From NCBI GenBank assembly GCA_026770705.1, contig JANJGN010000152.1, positions 248,001 to 312,000 on the forward strand: a DNA stretch of 64,000 nt, written 5' to 3'. A model generated the notes under the pieces. The model did not search any database, had not been told where the DNA came from, and was given only the letters and a program-made list of their open reading frames with translations. The translations under genes were made by a program, and so were the position numbers. Positions 12,360-24,690 of this stretch are shown one piece after another (position 1 is the first letter of the stretch; every line of letters starts with the position of its first letter). The DNA comes from Isurus oxyrinchus. Lineage: Eukaryota.

Positions 12360-12681
12360 ACAGTTTCTCTCACTATCAATACCTTTGTTTACCTTGTTGT
12401 CTGTTTGTTTGTCTCTCATCGTCTCTCCGCCTATAATGTCTTCATATTCCTACAACTTTTCCCTTCCCCGTATCTTCATCCATTTCCCTCTATTATCTCC
12501 ATCTGTTTCTCTCCCTCGCTCTGTTTCTGCCTCTACCTCTATATTTATCACAGTCTCTCCCTCTGGGTCACTCACTGCATTTTCATTTTTTTTCTCTTCA
12601 TTTCATGCTTTAATGTGCCCGTACTGCTCCATCTGTTTCTCCTTCTGTATTTGCATCTAAATCCTACCCTCTCTCTCTTTA

Positions 12682-12714
<33 letters not shown>

Positions 12715-12960
12715 CTCTCTCTCCCTCTCTTTCTCTCTCATTTCTACCCTTTATCACTCTCTCATTTCTCTCATTGCTTCTCTCTCTGTTAATCTCTATG
12801 TTTCTCCTTCATTTTCTGGCATTGCCTTCCCTCCTGCTAATCGTCGCCCTGTATCTCCATCAGTGTTTTGCTCACTGTCTCTCACTCAGACTTTCTCTCT
12901 ATATCTCAATCCGCGTTTCTACCTTTGTCACTCCCTGATTTTTTTCTGTCTGCCTGTCGA
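12360..12960. repeat. CT-rich low complexity with (TG)n at about 12690-12713
   Basis: Direct reading. Confidence 0.9.
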
Positions 12961-13069
12961 TATGATTCTCCCCGCAGACTCTCAGTTTTGAAAGAAAAGC
13001 AAGTATTTAGATGAATCTTAAATTCTCAATGCGTTGAAAATGTCCAAATGTTCCTTATACATTCTGTTC

Positions 13070-13341
13070 CCTGGAGATTATTTAGCATTAAATGACGTTT
13101 ACTGTTGTAGAAGGCGAGGTTAGTCAATAATGTGCAGCCACTGCAGGCAATACAATTCATGTGTTTCCGGGCCTGGGCACAACAACAGGCCTCAAATGCG
13201 CGTACATTAAAGGCATTTGTTTCCAAAACCAATTGCGGTTATTCATCATTTTTAAGCTCTAATTAAATGCAGGGGAAATTGCAGTATTGAAACAACCGAT
13301 GGGCTCACTCTGCATCAGACACAATGGATGTGTACCCTTGT
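13070..13341 (+). pseudogene. Possible decayed V relic
   Basis: Frameshifted pieces TVVEGE..., MCS, WAQQQ, SDTMDVYPC at roughly V-domain spacing; followed by a Penelope fragment. Confidence 0.3.
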
Positions 13342-13563
13342 ATGAAAGCAAAATACCACGGGTGCTGGAGATTTGAAATGAAAGCAGAACATGCTGGAAA
13401 GGTCTGGCAACATCTGTGGAGAGAGAAGCAGATTGAACGTTTCGGGTCCAATATTAATCTCCTTCCCAATTCCGGGCTTGCCCACCAGTACTTCCTGAGC
13501 AAAAGGAGACAGTTGTGGCTTTTATTGAAAAGGATAGATGAGAAATCTGGCTCCAGGGGGCAT

Positions 13564-13740
13564 ATCAGCGAGTGCACCGCATCAGCGAGTGCACCACATC
13601 AGCGAGAGCATCGCATTAGCGAGAGCAGCGCATCATCTAGAGCATTGCATCAGCGAGAGCAGCGCATCAGCGAGAGCAGCGCATCAGCGAGAGCAGCGCA
13701 TCAGCGAGCGCAGCTCATCAGCGAGAGCAGCGCATCAGCG
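13564..13740. repeat. 17-bp minisatellite GCATCAGCGAGAGCAGC, about 10 copies
   Basis: Direct reading. Confidence 0.95.
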
Positions 13741-14779
13741 TTAGATTGAATCCTTGCCCTCCGTGATGATATGAAAGATATTTACTACGAAAGTAATGTT
13801 CTTGATTTCAAATCGCAATAATTCCCGATGAAACTAATCCTCCAGTAATATTCCTGATCCACCGAGTGCAGAAACCAGGAAACACAATGAATGGAATTAG
13901 CTTCATACTTTTGATCTTTAGCGAGGACTGACAATCTCCACACCCAACACTGCTCTCCTCAATACAGTTGACGTGTTTGTGAATTACAGGTCCACATACA
14001 CCATCCGTTCAGCAGGGAAAGTGTTAACAGGGTCGGCTGAAGCCTGTTACTGTTTTATTGCTATTGTTTTCTCATGTTGCTAACCTTCAGCTCTTGGCTG
14101 TTGGCCAGGTCTGTTCCGGAAACAGTGTTTAGTTCAGTCAGGCGGAGATCAATGCACCATCCAGCAGCGGAGGAGTCCATTCGGACCATTTTGCTTGTGC
14201 CAGCTCTTCGTATGCCCAATGCAATTAACCTCTCATCCTTGCTCTTTCCCCAAACCCAAGACAATTCTTCATTCACATGTTTGTAACATTATTCAATTAA
14301 TTCATTTTAAAAAGGAAGTAGCGAACTATAGTCGGGAATAGAGGTTATTGTTTCAAATGAAAAGTGTGTTTCATTTTAAACCTTATGATGAATGATTAAG
14401 ATATTAAGAATGTAAAGATATTGTAAATATATTTCACTGAGCAGAGTTTGTCTGATCTCACCTACTGCTTACCTCTCCCATTCTGCTCAACCCTGTCAGT
14501 CAATCCCTACTTCATTCATGTAATAGGTGGAATTGGTTTAATTCACCGTGTTGCTTTACTCAAAGCTTTCAGAGCACCCTGGTCCTCTATTTACCTTTCT
14601 ATTTGCCGTGGATTGCCCTAATGATCAGTGAGAAGCTCTTTTAACGTGAGCTTCCGGCACTGATACCAGCGCAATATGAACACTTTCCATTCACTCCACC
14701 CACCTCGCGGACCCAAACAGTTGAAGGGATAACATTGTGTTTAATTCCTGTTCTACTCACTGTTCCATTCACTGTTGCC

Positions 14780-14985
14780 CGATCTGATGTCACGAATTGG
14801 AGAGTAAAGGAGCTCTCAGCTGATTGGACGAATAACAGAATAAAGGACCTGATTGGATGCCACCTGCTGATTCTGTCAAGAATGAACCAATAGGCAGAAA
14901 TGCCGGATGTTGCGCAATATTAACCAAACTTTTCACGAAAACAATTTCAGGTACACGCCCTCTACTCTGAAAACATCCTCAGCAG
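14780..14985 (+). promoter_or_regulatory. Orphan V-gene promoter paralogue (CRE-like TGATGTCA, multiple CCAAT/ATTGG boxes)
   Basis: Collinear with 20130-20340, which lies upstream of a V leader. Confidence 0.55.
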
Positions 14986-14994
14986 AAGGAGTGG

Positions 14995-15374
14995 AGATCA
15001 AGAATGTGGGAGCCTGCTCCCAGTGCTGACGGTACAGTTGTATGAAATAGAAACCAGCAGTGGTCGCATAACTCAAATTAATGTTCACCGAGTCTCCTTC
15101 AAACTGTTGCACTCTCTCCGGCTCCTGCAAAACAGAGTCTGCAGCATGAATACCTGCAGAAATTTAGAAATAGAAAGCTTTAACTTTTTATGAGAATTTT
15201 TTATCACCAATTGTTATTAAGTTAAAAGAATATATGCAAATACAGGGAAAAGGCAGTTAAAGGGAAGATTACTGTCTCAGTGTCACCATCAAGATGAAAA
15301 TTGGGTAACTTGTGAGTCTTACCAGTTAAGAGAGCTTCAGCTGCGAGGACTGATTAAAAAGTAACACCCATCAT
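14995..15374 (-). pseudogene. TCR alpha-type V pseudogene, 3' truncated
   Basis: Leader 15374-15323 MMGVTF*SVLAAEALLT|gtaag with internal stop; acceptor tttctgcag; exon from 15153 GIHAADSVLQEPERVQQFEGDSVNINLSYATTAGFYFIQLYRQHWEQAPTFLIS. Confidence 0.85.
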
Positions 15375-15779
15375 GTTCACTGAGCTGATGGTAGATTTGA
15401 ACAAAATGTGTTTCACCAGAATTGTTTTAGTTGTTGAGTATTAGCCGGACCTCGCAGCCGATTTGTTCACCCCTGAAAAAGTTAACAGGTGAATGTGTAT
15501 AGAATGTGTCAACATTTGTGATTAAATATAACCCATGAAACACACACTGAGGATTTTAGCTCAGATTCACCGGGTAGCATGACCAGTATTATCAGTAAAG
15601 TACGCAAGGAACACGTGGTTCCTGATTCGATAGTAAACAGCACGCTGTTTAAAATATGTGGACGCTCGGAGTCTTATGCCAATGGCACTTTTTTTTACCT
15701 TTTGGGGAACTGAGGGGCGTTTCTCAGCCCTGCGATTGGCTGCTCTCTCAGATATGAAGTCAGCTCTAAACCATTCACT

Positions 15780-15912
15780 TGGATAAAAACAAAGAAAACT
15801 GGTTACATTTCCAGTTCTGTCGAAGGATCATGAGGACTCGAAACATCAACTCTTTTCTTCTCCGCCGATGCTGCCAGACCTGCTGAGTTTTTCCAGGTAA
15901 TTCTGTTTTTGT
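15780..15912 (+). mobile_element. Short Penelope-terminus insertion with 15-bp TSD
   Basis: tctaaaccattcact at 15765-15779 and 15913-15927. Confidence 0.85.
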
Positions 15913-16535
15913 TCTAAACCATTCACTGTTGGTTCAGCGTAATATACAGTTGACACTGACCAATCACCTTCCACCGCTGGCTCTTTCTGCCTATCTTTCT
16001 CGTTCCCTTGCTCTGTCTCACATAATCAATCATTCTGTCTCTTTCTCGCTTTAATTCGCTTTCTTTATAATTCAATGTCTCTATCTTTAGATAGATAGAT
16101 CTTTCGCTCTCATTAAGTCATTGGGGATCATCTTGTACTGGTAAAGTGCCGAGTTTAGCCATTCACTATTTTTACCCCAGACACTCTGAAATGTGCTGAG
16201 CCTTAGGCCGCCTTTGAAACTAGGTCACTTTTGAAACTAGTCCCTGACAGATAGGCAGCAGGCCCAGAACCATTACAAATACAGATTGGTTCTGGTATTC
16301 ACCCGGGGGCTCTACAGGTTTTCATTAAGCGGACAATGAGAAGTTTGAATTTGATCCTGGAGTTAACATGATCGTTGAATGTCACATTTCGCAACAATGA
16401 CAAACATTGACCTTAACGAGAGGAATCAACTCGAATTAGACTGCATTGTTGCAATTCATTCTCTGCACTGGTTCTCTGGGGTTGAACTCTTTGCGTTTTC
16501 TTAATATTTGAACCCTTGATTGTCGACCTGCACCC

Positions 16536-16574
16536 AGTTTCTGGATGAGACCCACGAGACACTCAGTCCCTGTG
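16536..16574 (-). promoter_or_regulatory. 23-RSS of the V at 16575 (CACAGGG-23-CCAGAAACT)
   Basis: Spacer counted as 23 nt; directly after YCALG. Confidence 0.85.
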
Positions 16575-17015
16575 GGCCCCAGCGCGCAATAATGCACGGA
16601 GCTGTCTGTCATCTTCAGCTCTTTCATGAACAAGTGAAAAGTGCTTCCTGGCGGGTTGAGGTTCCCGTTGGAGTGTTTAAATCCAGAGCTGTATCGTTAT
16701 ACCCGTAAATATCGGCTCTGATCAGATACTGAGGAGTTTGCTGTGGAACCTGGCGATATCAGAACAGGTTATGCTGTGTAGCTCAACTCGATACAGAGTA
16801 ACTTGCAGGTTATTGCTGAACCTTCGCCCTCTCCTGCTTCGCAACATTGTTCTGGCTGGGAACCTGAGTCTCCAGTTCTCGTCTCTGAAAATAAACAGCG
16901 GCTACACAGCGGATTAGAAGGAGCATTAGAAAGAGAATTATCATCCGGAGATGGGAAATTGCACAAGGATCGCGTACTGGCCTGTGATCAGGAACATAAC
17001 CATAGTCAGAGCAAC
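16575..17015 (-). pseudogene. TCR alpha/delta V pseudogene
   Basis: Leader remnant ALTMVMFLITG near 17010-16978; acceptor ttttcag at 16885; ETRTGDSGSQPE...EGEGSAITCK/YSVSS*ATQHNLF*YRQVPQQTPQYLIRA.../FHLFMKELKMTDSSVHYCALG with stops and frameshifts. Confidence 0.9.
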
Positions 17016-18203
17016 TGGGAATAAGGAATAAAAGCTGGCCCAGCCAGCGAAGCCCACACCTCGTACATGAATAAAAAAAGACAGTTCCACCCCCATGGTT
17101 CCAGTCTGATCTCCAGAAACAGCAGCAGCGATCACCGTCTGTACCAGACCTGGAATGGGAGAAATTGAAAGAGCCAGTGGCATGATATGCGATCGGCTGG
17201 GATTTCTTCACTCTGCCAATTTTCATATCTTCAAGCAGCTACTTCCTGTTGAAAGGAACCGTGATCTTTAGCAGCTGACCAGAGTGCGCCCTCCCGTAGA
17301 CAGCACAACAGCTTTGAAAAAAAAAATAGGACCACGTGCACAGTCACATAAACATCGAGAAATATAAACACACAGGAATATACACACAGGGACATACATG
17401 AACATCCAGACGTATGAACACACGGACATATTTACACAGGTATACACGCACGGATACACATGAACATCTAGGCATATGTCCAAGCGCAGTCATAACATTA
17501 AAAGTGAGCCAACATAAAGCCAGTTATGTTTTTGAGGTTTTTGATGGAAATTCGGCTGAGCTGGTTACGACGAAAATCAGAATTCTTGATCAGAGCGCGT
17601 CTCCCGTGTTCACTACAAACCTCGTACAGCACACAGAATCAAACGTGCCGATTCAGAGAAATAGGCGGACAGACAGGTAAACACAGTTACTGACACAAAA
17701 CAGATCCACTCCAATGTAGACGCAGATGTGGATTAACACAAAGATAGAAACAGGCAGATAAACACAGTCATAGACACACAAACAGATCTAATTCACCATG
17801 GGCCCACATATTGAAAATCACCAACATAGGCAGACAAATAAACAGGGTGATTGACACAAAACAAATAATGCAGACTTGGAAACAGAGACAGTGAAATACA
17901 AATATAAAAACACATCCATCTTGTGCTTTTACCTACTGTGGTTATCTGTTTGTGCATGCATTTCTGTAACTGAGGTTTTATGGGAATGTGACTATGCGGC
18001 TCCGCGAGGGTGTGTTGTCCAGCTGAGGGCGCTCTCTGATCACGTGATCGCGACCATGTTCCCGTGCGACATGAAGTCGTTGTTCAGGGAGATACAAATG
18101 GGGAAGAAATTCCCGCTGACCTGCTGTGATCTCGGCGCTGTTTCATTTTTTTACCCCAATGATCAAAATATCTGATTCTGAAGTTCAGACTTGAACCAAG
18201 GAG

Positions 18204-18391
18204 ATGAAACTCTGCCTGGCTTTGGTTATTGTCTCGATCACTAGTCGGTGATATTGGGCACTTCCTATAATTTTCTCCCATCTTTGTATAATTTCCCAAT
18301 TCCATCTCTGGGAGATTCGTCTCTTTCTGTCACTTCACCTAACCTGCTGTGTGTCCGTTGTTTATTTTCAGAGATGAGTGATGGAGATTCA
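18204..18391 (+). pseudogene. TCR V fragment (leader plus first codons; remainder deleted)
   Basis: Leader MKLCLALVIVSITS; intron/acceptor gtttattttcag|AGATGAGTGATGGAGATTCA paralogous to the 16.9-kb V. Confidence 0.7.
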
Positions 18392-19402
18392 TTGCCTGAG
18401 AAAGAACAAGAAATCGGATCAGAAGATTCCCCGGGAATTTACACAGAAAAATGAATGAAGAAATACATCCTGATCTGATTGTGATCCGCCAGCTTGAAAT
18501 CACTGCTCTCAGATTTAGAGAAATTGAAATTTCTCAATCATTTTAAGTTATGGCCAAATTTAGAAATTTCCACTTCCATGCACAGAATTATGGACTTCTG
18601 AATGAATACCCGAGCCAACTGTTGTCGTAAGTGTTCTGGGTGTTCTGTAGACTCTTCAGGTCATATTTTTAATTGCTATTTCACCAGTGCAGCTATGTTC
18701 ACTTCATCATGTCTCTGGGCTCTTTTGGCTGTGACTAGTAATGGAGATTATTGACTTTGACAGTGATGACAGGGAATGAATTGCGTTTCATTATTTTCCA
18801 CTGAAATTGTTAGGGAGAGGGGTGAGCGTTAGAAGGGGCGGATATAGAGAGAGGGAGGGAGAAATAGGCAGCGTGAGACCGGGATAAAAGGGAGATCACT
18901 GGAATGCATAGGTGTAGAGAGAGATGGAAAGAGAAAGACAATGAGTTAAGCAAAGTGTATGAGATCAGGACAGAGAGATAAAGAGAGAGGGGCAGAGGCG
19001 GGAAAGGAGTAGGAACAAGATGAAAGGTGCAGACGAAAAGGCAAAGAGAGGAAAACGCCGGATTAAGCAGATAGATTGACGCAGGAGCACCAAGGGAAAG
19101 AGAGGAAGAGAGAGAGAGGCTGAGAGACAGACAGACAGACTGACAGACAGAATCGCTCACACAGCCAGACAAGGAAAATGTTGGACAGGAGACTTCAGTC
19201 ATTGGCTCACAGCCAGCGCCGCTTGGCATACATCTGCTGTCAGTTCTGAGGGGCCAGACAATCGTGTCAAAGAGAAACGCCCAGAATTCCCACTACAAGC
19301 GAAATCTCCCCCTTCGCTGAATTTGCTCCTTAATATCGGACCAGAAATGTCAACATAGATAAAACATTCTGTTCATTTCTATCATAGCTTAAACAAGACA
19401 CC

Positions 19403-19778
19403 ATGCGTTCACCATGTTCCTCACTGGTAGCAATATGGTACCTGGTGAGTCTATGTTTAGGTGATCAGTTTTTGAAACATTCTTTATTTTGCCGCAACGA
19501 GTGACTAAGATTCAGAATCTCAGGGTTCGCCTTCATGCTTAACACTGCATGAAGAAAAGATCCTGATACGAAGCTGCAGTTACTCCACGTCCCATGGCAT
19601 TCACTATCTCCACTGGGATGTCCTGGAGCTCCGAGATATTTACTGGGGAAATACAGGCTGGCGCAAGAGGCTAAGCCTCCAGATCTCCCAGAGCGGTTTT
19701 CTGCTGATTTGGAAAAATACAAGAAAACTATTCCCTTGACTGTCTCTGTCTCTGCCGTGTGTCACATGGACTGAATGC
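19403..19778 (+). pseudogene. TCR alpha/delta V pseudogene
   Basis: Leader-like exon 19403-19444|gtgagt; DSESQGSPSCLTLHEEKILIRSCSYSTSHGIHYLHW/PGAPRYLLGKY...LPERFSADLEKYKKTIPLTVS..SAV with deletions. Confidence 0.85.
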
Positions 19779-19816
19779 CACACTGTTACAGAGGCTCAGT
19801 TAGGCCATAAAAAACC
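19779..19816 (+). promoter_or_regulatory. 22/23-RSS (CACACTG-22-TAAAAAACC)
   Basis: Directly follows the V exon. Confidence 0.75.
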
Positions 19817-20129
19817 AACTTCTCTCACAGATCACTGTTAGCATCTGGATTGTTAACTGTTAATAGTGCTAAAGATTAATTTAGGATAGTGGCATATTTA
19901 TGTGTTGCAGATCCTATATAATTCTATGTACTATTCCTCTCAATATCAGCTGTGGTTGATTCCCATGGTCAGTGGGCAGGTCTTTGAATGTGGCTCGCTG
20001 GCATTGGTACAAGAACAGCATTAGTTCTTTCCCCTCACTGTCACCACCTCACACAATGACCCTATTAAAGAGCCAAAATTGGGTTCAGTCCTCGTCTCGG
20101 ATCGTGTCATCTACACTGATTCGCTGCAT

Positions 20130-20345
20130 CCTCTCTGACGTTATGAATTGGAGAACAAAGGATCTGTGAGTTGATTGGATGAATTGGAGAACAAAATACG
20201 GTGGAGCTTATTGGACATCACTTGTTGCCTCGCTCAGGAATGAACCAATCGCTGGAGAGACCAGATCTGCATGAGCCCGTTCCCAACTCGAGACTGAAAC
20301 AATTACAGATTCAGTCCGTTCTGTTTAAACCCACCATCAGCTCGT
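20130..20345 (+). promoter_or_regulatory. V-gene promoter (TGACGTTA, ATTGG/CCAAT boxes)
   Basis: Immediately upstream of a leader exon; conserved with 14780-14985 and partly with 15380-15460 (-). Confidence 0.55.
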
Positions 20346-20351
20346 TGCAAA

Positions 20352-20677
20352 TATATTGGTTTTACTTTTTATCCATTTCTCACAGCTGTAGCTCTCTTAC
20401 CCAGTAAGTCCACAAGTTGCACAACCTTCCTCTTGCATAGATCTTAAAGTTAATTTCACTGTTCTCTCTTTCAAGTTGCAGCATGTTCCGTCACCTGATT
20501 TTATTAGATAGAATAAAATGATAATGCAATCTTAACGGTCTGCATCTCTAAATTCCCGCAGGTGTTGGTGGTACAAATTCAATCTCACAGGAGCCGGTTA
20601 CAGCGCTGCAGTTGAAGGAGATTCGGTGATCATTGCTTACAGCTATTTGACCACTGATGCCTCATATTCTATGCAGC
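20352..20677 (+). pseudogene. TCR alpha-type V pseudogene (paralogue of the 15-kb V), truncated by a LINE
   Basis: Leader without ATG (YIGFTFYPFLTAVALLP|gtaag, ends 20403); exon from 20562 SVGGTNSISQEPVTALQ/EGDSVIIAYSYLTTDASYSMQ. Confidence 0.85.
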
Positions 20678-20689
20678 CATGCCCCCGGG

Positions 20690-23130
20690 TCCGGACTTCG
20701 GACCCCATGAAGTCTCAAGGCATCTGTCCAATCATGGGGAAGGAAACCTCCTGCTGATTACGACGTACGGCCCTCCCTCAGCTGATGAATCAGTGCTGCT
20801 CCATGTTGAACACCACTTGGAGGAAGCAATGAGAATGGCAAAGGCGCTGAATGTACTCTGGGTGGGGACTTCAATGTCCCATCACCAAGAGTGGCTCGGC
20901 AACACCACTACTGACCGAGCTGGTCGATTCCTAGAGGACATAGCTGCTAGACTGGGTCTGCGGCAGGTGGTGAGGGAAACAACAAGGGGGGGGGGAAAGA
21001 TACTTGACCCCATCCTCAACAACCTGCGTGCCGCAGATGCATCTGTCCATGACAGTATTTGTAGGAGTGACCACCACACGGTCTTTGTGGAGACGAAGAC
21101 CCATCTTCACACTGAAGATATCGTCCATTGTGTTTTGTGGCACTCCCGCCTTGCTAAATGGGATAGATTGCAAACAGATCTAGCAACTCAAGGCTGGGCA
21201 ACCATGAGGCACTGGGGACAATCAGCAGCAGCAGAATTGTACTCGAACACAATCTGTAACATCGTGGCCCGGCATATCCCCTACTCTACTATTAACAAGA
21301 AGCCAAGGGAACAACCCCGGTTGAATGAAGAGTGCAGGAGGGCATGTCAGAAGCAGCAACAGGAATACCTAAAAATGAGGTGTTAACCTGGTGAAGCTAT
21401 AACACAGGACTACTGGCGTGCAAAATAGCATAAACAGCAAGTGATAGACGGAGCCTAGCATTCCCACAACCAACGGGTCTGGTCGAAGCTCTGCAGCCCT
21501 GCCACATCCAGTAGTGAATGGTGGTGGAAAATTAAACAACTCACTGGAGGGGGTTGGTCCAGAAATATCCCAATCCCCAATGATGAGGGAGCCCAGTATA
21601 GCAGTGCAAAAGATAAGACTGAAGCATTCGCAATAATCTTCAGCCAGAAGTGCTGAGTGGATGATCCATCTCGGCCTCCTCCGGAGGTCCCCAGCTTCAA
21701 TGATGTCAGTTTTCACCCAATTCGATTCAGTCCACGTGATATCAAGAAATGGCTGAAGGCACTGGTTGCTGCAAAGGCAATGGGTCCTGACAATATTCTA
21801 GCAATAGCACTGAAGACTTGGGCTCCAGAACTTGCTGCGCCCCTAGCCAGGTTGTTCCAGTACAGTTACAACACTAGCATTTACCTGGATATGTGGAAAA
21901 TTGCCCAAGTACGTCCTGTACACAAAAAGCAGGGCAAGCCCAACCCGGCCAATTTCTGCTCCATCAGTCTACTCTCGAACATCAGTGAAGTGATAGAAGG
22001 AGCCATCAACAGTGCTATCAAGCGGTATTTACTTGGCAATAACCTGCTCACTGCGCTCATTTTGGATTCCATCAAGGTCACTCAGTCCGTGACAGCATTA
22101 CAGCCTTGGTTCAAACTTGGACAAAGAGATGGACTCGAGATGTTAGGTGAAAGTGACTGCCTTTGACATCCAGGCCGAATTTGGCAGTATGGCATCAAGA
22201 AGCCCTAGCAAAACTGGAATAATGGGAATCAGTGGGAAAACTCTCCGCTGTTTGGAGTCATACCTAGCACAAAGGAAGATGGTTATGGTTGTTGGAAGTC
22301 AGTCATCTCAGCCCCAGGACATCAGTTCCTCAGGGTAGTGTCCTGGCCCGACCATCTTCAGCTGCTTCATCAATGACCTTCCTTCCATCTTAACGTCAGA
22401 TGTAGGGATGCTTTCTGATCTTTGCTCAAGGTTCAGCACCATCCACGACTCATCAGATACTGAATCAGTCCGTTTCCAAATGCAGCAAGGGCTGAACAAT
22501 ATCCAGGCTCGGGCTGAGAAGTGGCAAGTCACATTCACGCCACACAAGTGCCAGACAATGACCAACTCCAACAGAATAGAATCTAACTATCGTCCCTTGA
22601 CATTCATTGGCGTTACTAACGCTGAATCCCCCACTATCAAGTACCTGGGGGTTACCATTGACCAGAAACTGAGCTGGGCTAACCATATAAATATTGCAGC
22701 TACAAGAGCAGGTCAGAGGCGAGGAATCCTGCGACGAGTAACTCACCTCCCGACTCCTCAAGGCCTGTCCACCATCTACAAGGCACACGTCAGGAGTGTG
22801 CTGGCGTACACTCCACTTACCTGGGTGAGTGCAGCTCCAACAACACTCAAAAAGCTTGACACTACCCAAGGCAATGCAGCCGGTTTGATTGACAACTCGC
22901 CCACAAACATTCACTCCCTCGACTACGGATGCACATTTGCAGCAGTGTGTACCATCTTCAAGATGCAGTGGAGGAATTCATCAAGCCTCCATAGGCAACA
23001 TCTTCGAAACCCATGACCAATACCATCTAGAAGGGCAAGGTCAGCCGATAGATGGGGACACCACCACCTGGAAGTTCCCCTCCGAGCCACAAACCATTCT
23101 GACCGGGAAATATATTGCCGTTCTTTCTCT
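20690..23130 (+). mobile_element. Non-LTR retrotransposon (CR1/L2-group), decayed endonuclease plus reverse transcriptase
   Basis: ORF pieces with APE motifs (LDPIL, SDHH), KAMGPDNI, ISLLSNISEVIE, KYLGVTIDQKLSW; stops and frameshifts. Confidence 0.9.
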
Positions 23131-23134
23131 GTTC

Positions 23135-23830
23135 TTTCCCTGTTATCTCTTCAAAAGACTCCAACAAGTTACTTAAACATTATTTCCCCTGAACAAATCC
23201 ATGCTGGCTTTCCTTAATTAACTGCATTTGTCCATGTAACTATAATTTTGTCCTGCATTATTGTTTCTGGAATTTTCCCCACTAGCGAACTAAACTAACT
23301 GGTCTGTAGTTGCTGGAAGAGTACCAAAGAGTTTTGCATTCTAGACCAAGCACAACACCTCATGAGGAATTGAAAGGCATTAGAGAGGGTTCAGAAACGT
23401 CTCCTGGACATTGTTGCAGGGAGGAGCAACTTTATTTACGTGAATAGATTGTAGAATTTGGCACGAACCTCCTTGAAGAAGGGAAGATTGAAAGGAAATT
23501 TGATACAGGTCTTCAAAATCGGGGGGGGGGGGGGGGGGGAGGTGGGGGGGTTGGGGGGAGGGGGGGCGGGGTCCTTCACAGACTAGGCAGGGGCAAATTG
23601 TTCCATTTGGCGCAAGAATGGAGAACCAGAAGACACCGGTTTAAGGTAATTGGGAGAGGAAACAATCCGGCGAGGGGAAAACCCTTTTCACACTGTGGGT
23701 GATTTGGATCTGGAATTAACTGCATGAAAATATGATGGAGGCAGGATCAATTAATGCTTTCAAAAAAGAAATAGATTATTATCTGAAAAGACAAAACATT
23801 GCTGCGCTACGAGGAAAAGAGCGACACTAG
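23135..23830. mobile_element. CR1 fragments (- then +) with a poly-G tract
   Basis: aaatccatgctggc...ctaactggtctgtagttg (-); cattagagagggttcaga...ggagaaccagaagacac (+). Confidence 0.6.
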
Positions 23831-23999
23831 GTGATTAGCACAGCACATACAGGAATTATGTAGTTCTGTGGTTAATATCTAAAACAGTAACTGAATTCGG
23901 CATTGACAGCATCTGCAATAGCAGAGTGTGTCCAGTAGGTGACAGTGAAACCGTGATTGCTGACATTACCTGAAGTGTGCATTGTCTCAATCAGTTCTG

Positions 24000-24690
24000 C
24001 ACCGTACCTTGTCTCTGTTCATGCTGAACAAGGTCCGGTGTCTATTTATATTACACCAATTCATGTCCCTGATCATTAGACAGCAGGCTGCGTCTCAGTT
24101 GTTTCTGTAAAAGGCTCAATCTCAATTGTTAATATACTGGACCAAGGCCATATTACACAAGGCATTCTGTCAGTTATGACTGTATTGAACCATGTCTTGG
24201 CTAATATGGCAATATTCCATGTTTCAATTGTTGCTGCATTAACATTTCTCTCTACTTATACTAAACCAGAACATGTTCCTGTTTGCATTTCAGGAGGCCC
24301 TGTCTGAGTTATTAATACGGGAATCCCTGCCAAATTTATAATAAACTAGAGGATGTCTCAGCTAATGCTGCATCAATCTATGTCTCTGTTTATATCACAC
24401 GATACCCTGTGTCAGTTATTGTTGTGCTATAACATGTCTCTCTCACTGCTGTGCATGTCCACATCTCTGTTTATATTAACCCAGGACCTTTGTTGGTAAT
24501 TACTGCACTAGGCTCTGTCTCAGTTTATATCACACAATTTCCTAAATCAGTTAAAGCTACACTGGGCCCCGTATCTGTTAAAATAACACTGGCCCCTGTT
24601 TCTGTTATGACTGCACTGGCCCATATCTCTGCTTATATTACACTACACCCAGTCTCTGTTATTACTGTATTAGTCTATGCCCCTGTTAAA
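24000..24690 (-). repeat. Old diverged copy of the 27-bp satellite
   Basis: Recurring cctgtctcagtt(t)at(a/t) motifs. Confidence 0.75.

Noticed and set aside
12282-12991. Hydrophobic 218-aa ORF resembling a membrane protein
   Set aside because: CT/TG low-complexity DNA.
13324-13749. 141-aa ORF with repeated HQREQRISESSASA
   Set aside because: Penelope fragment plus 17-bp minisatellite read through.
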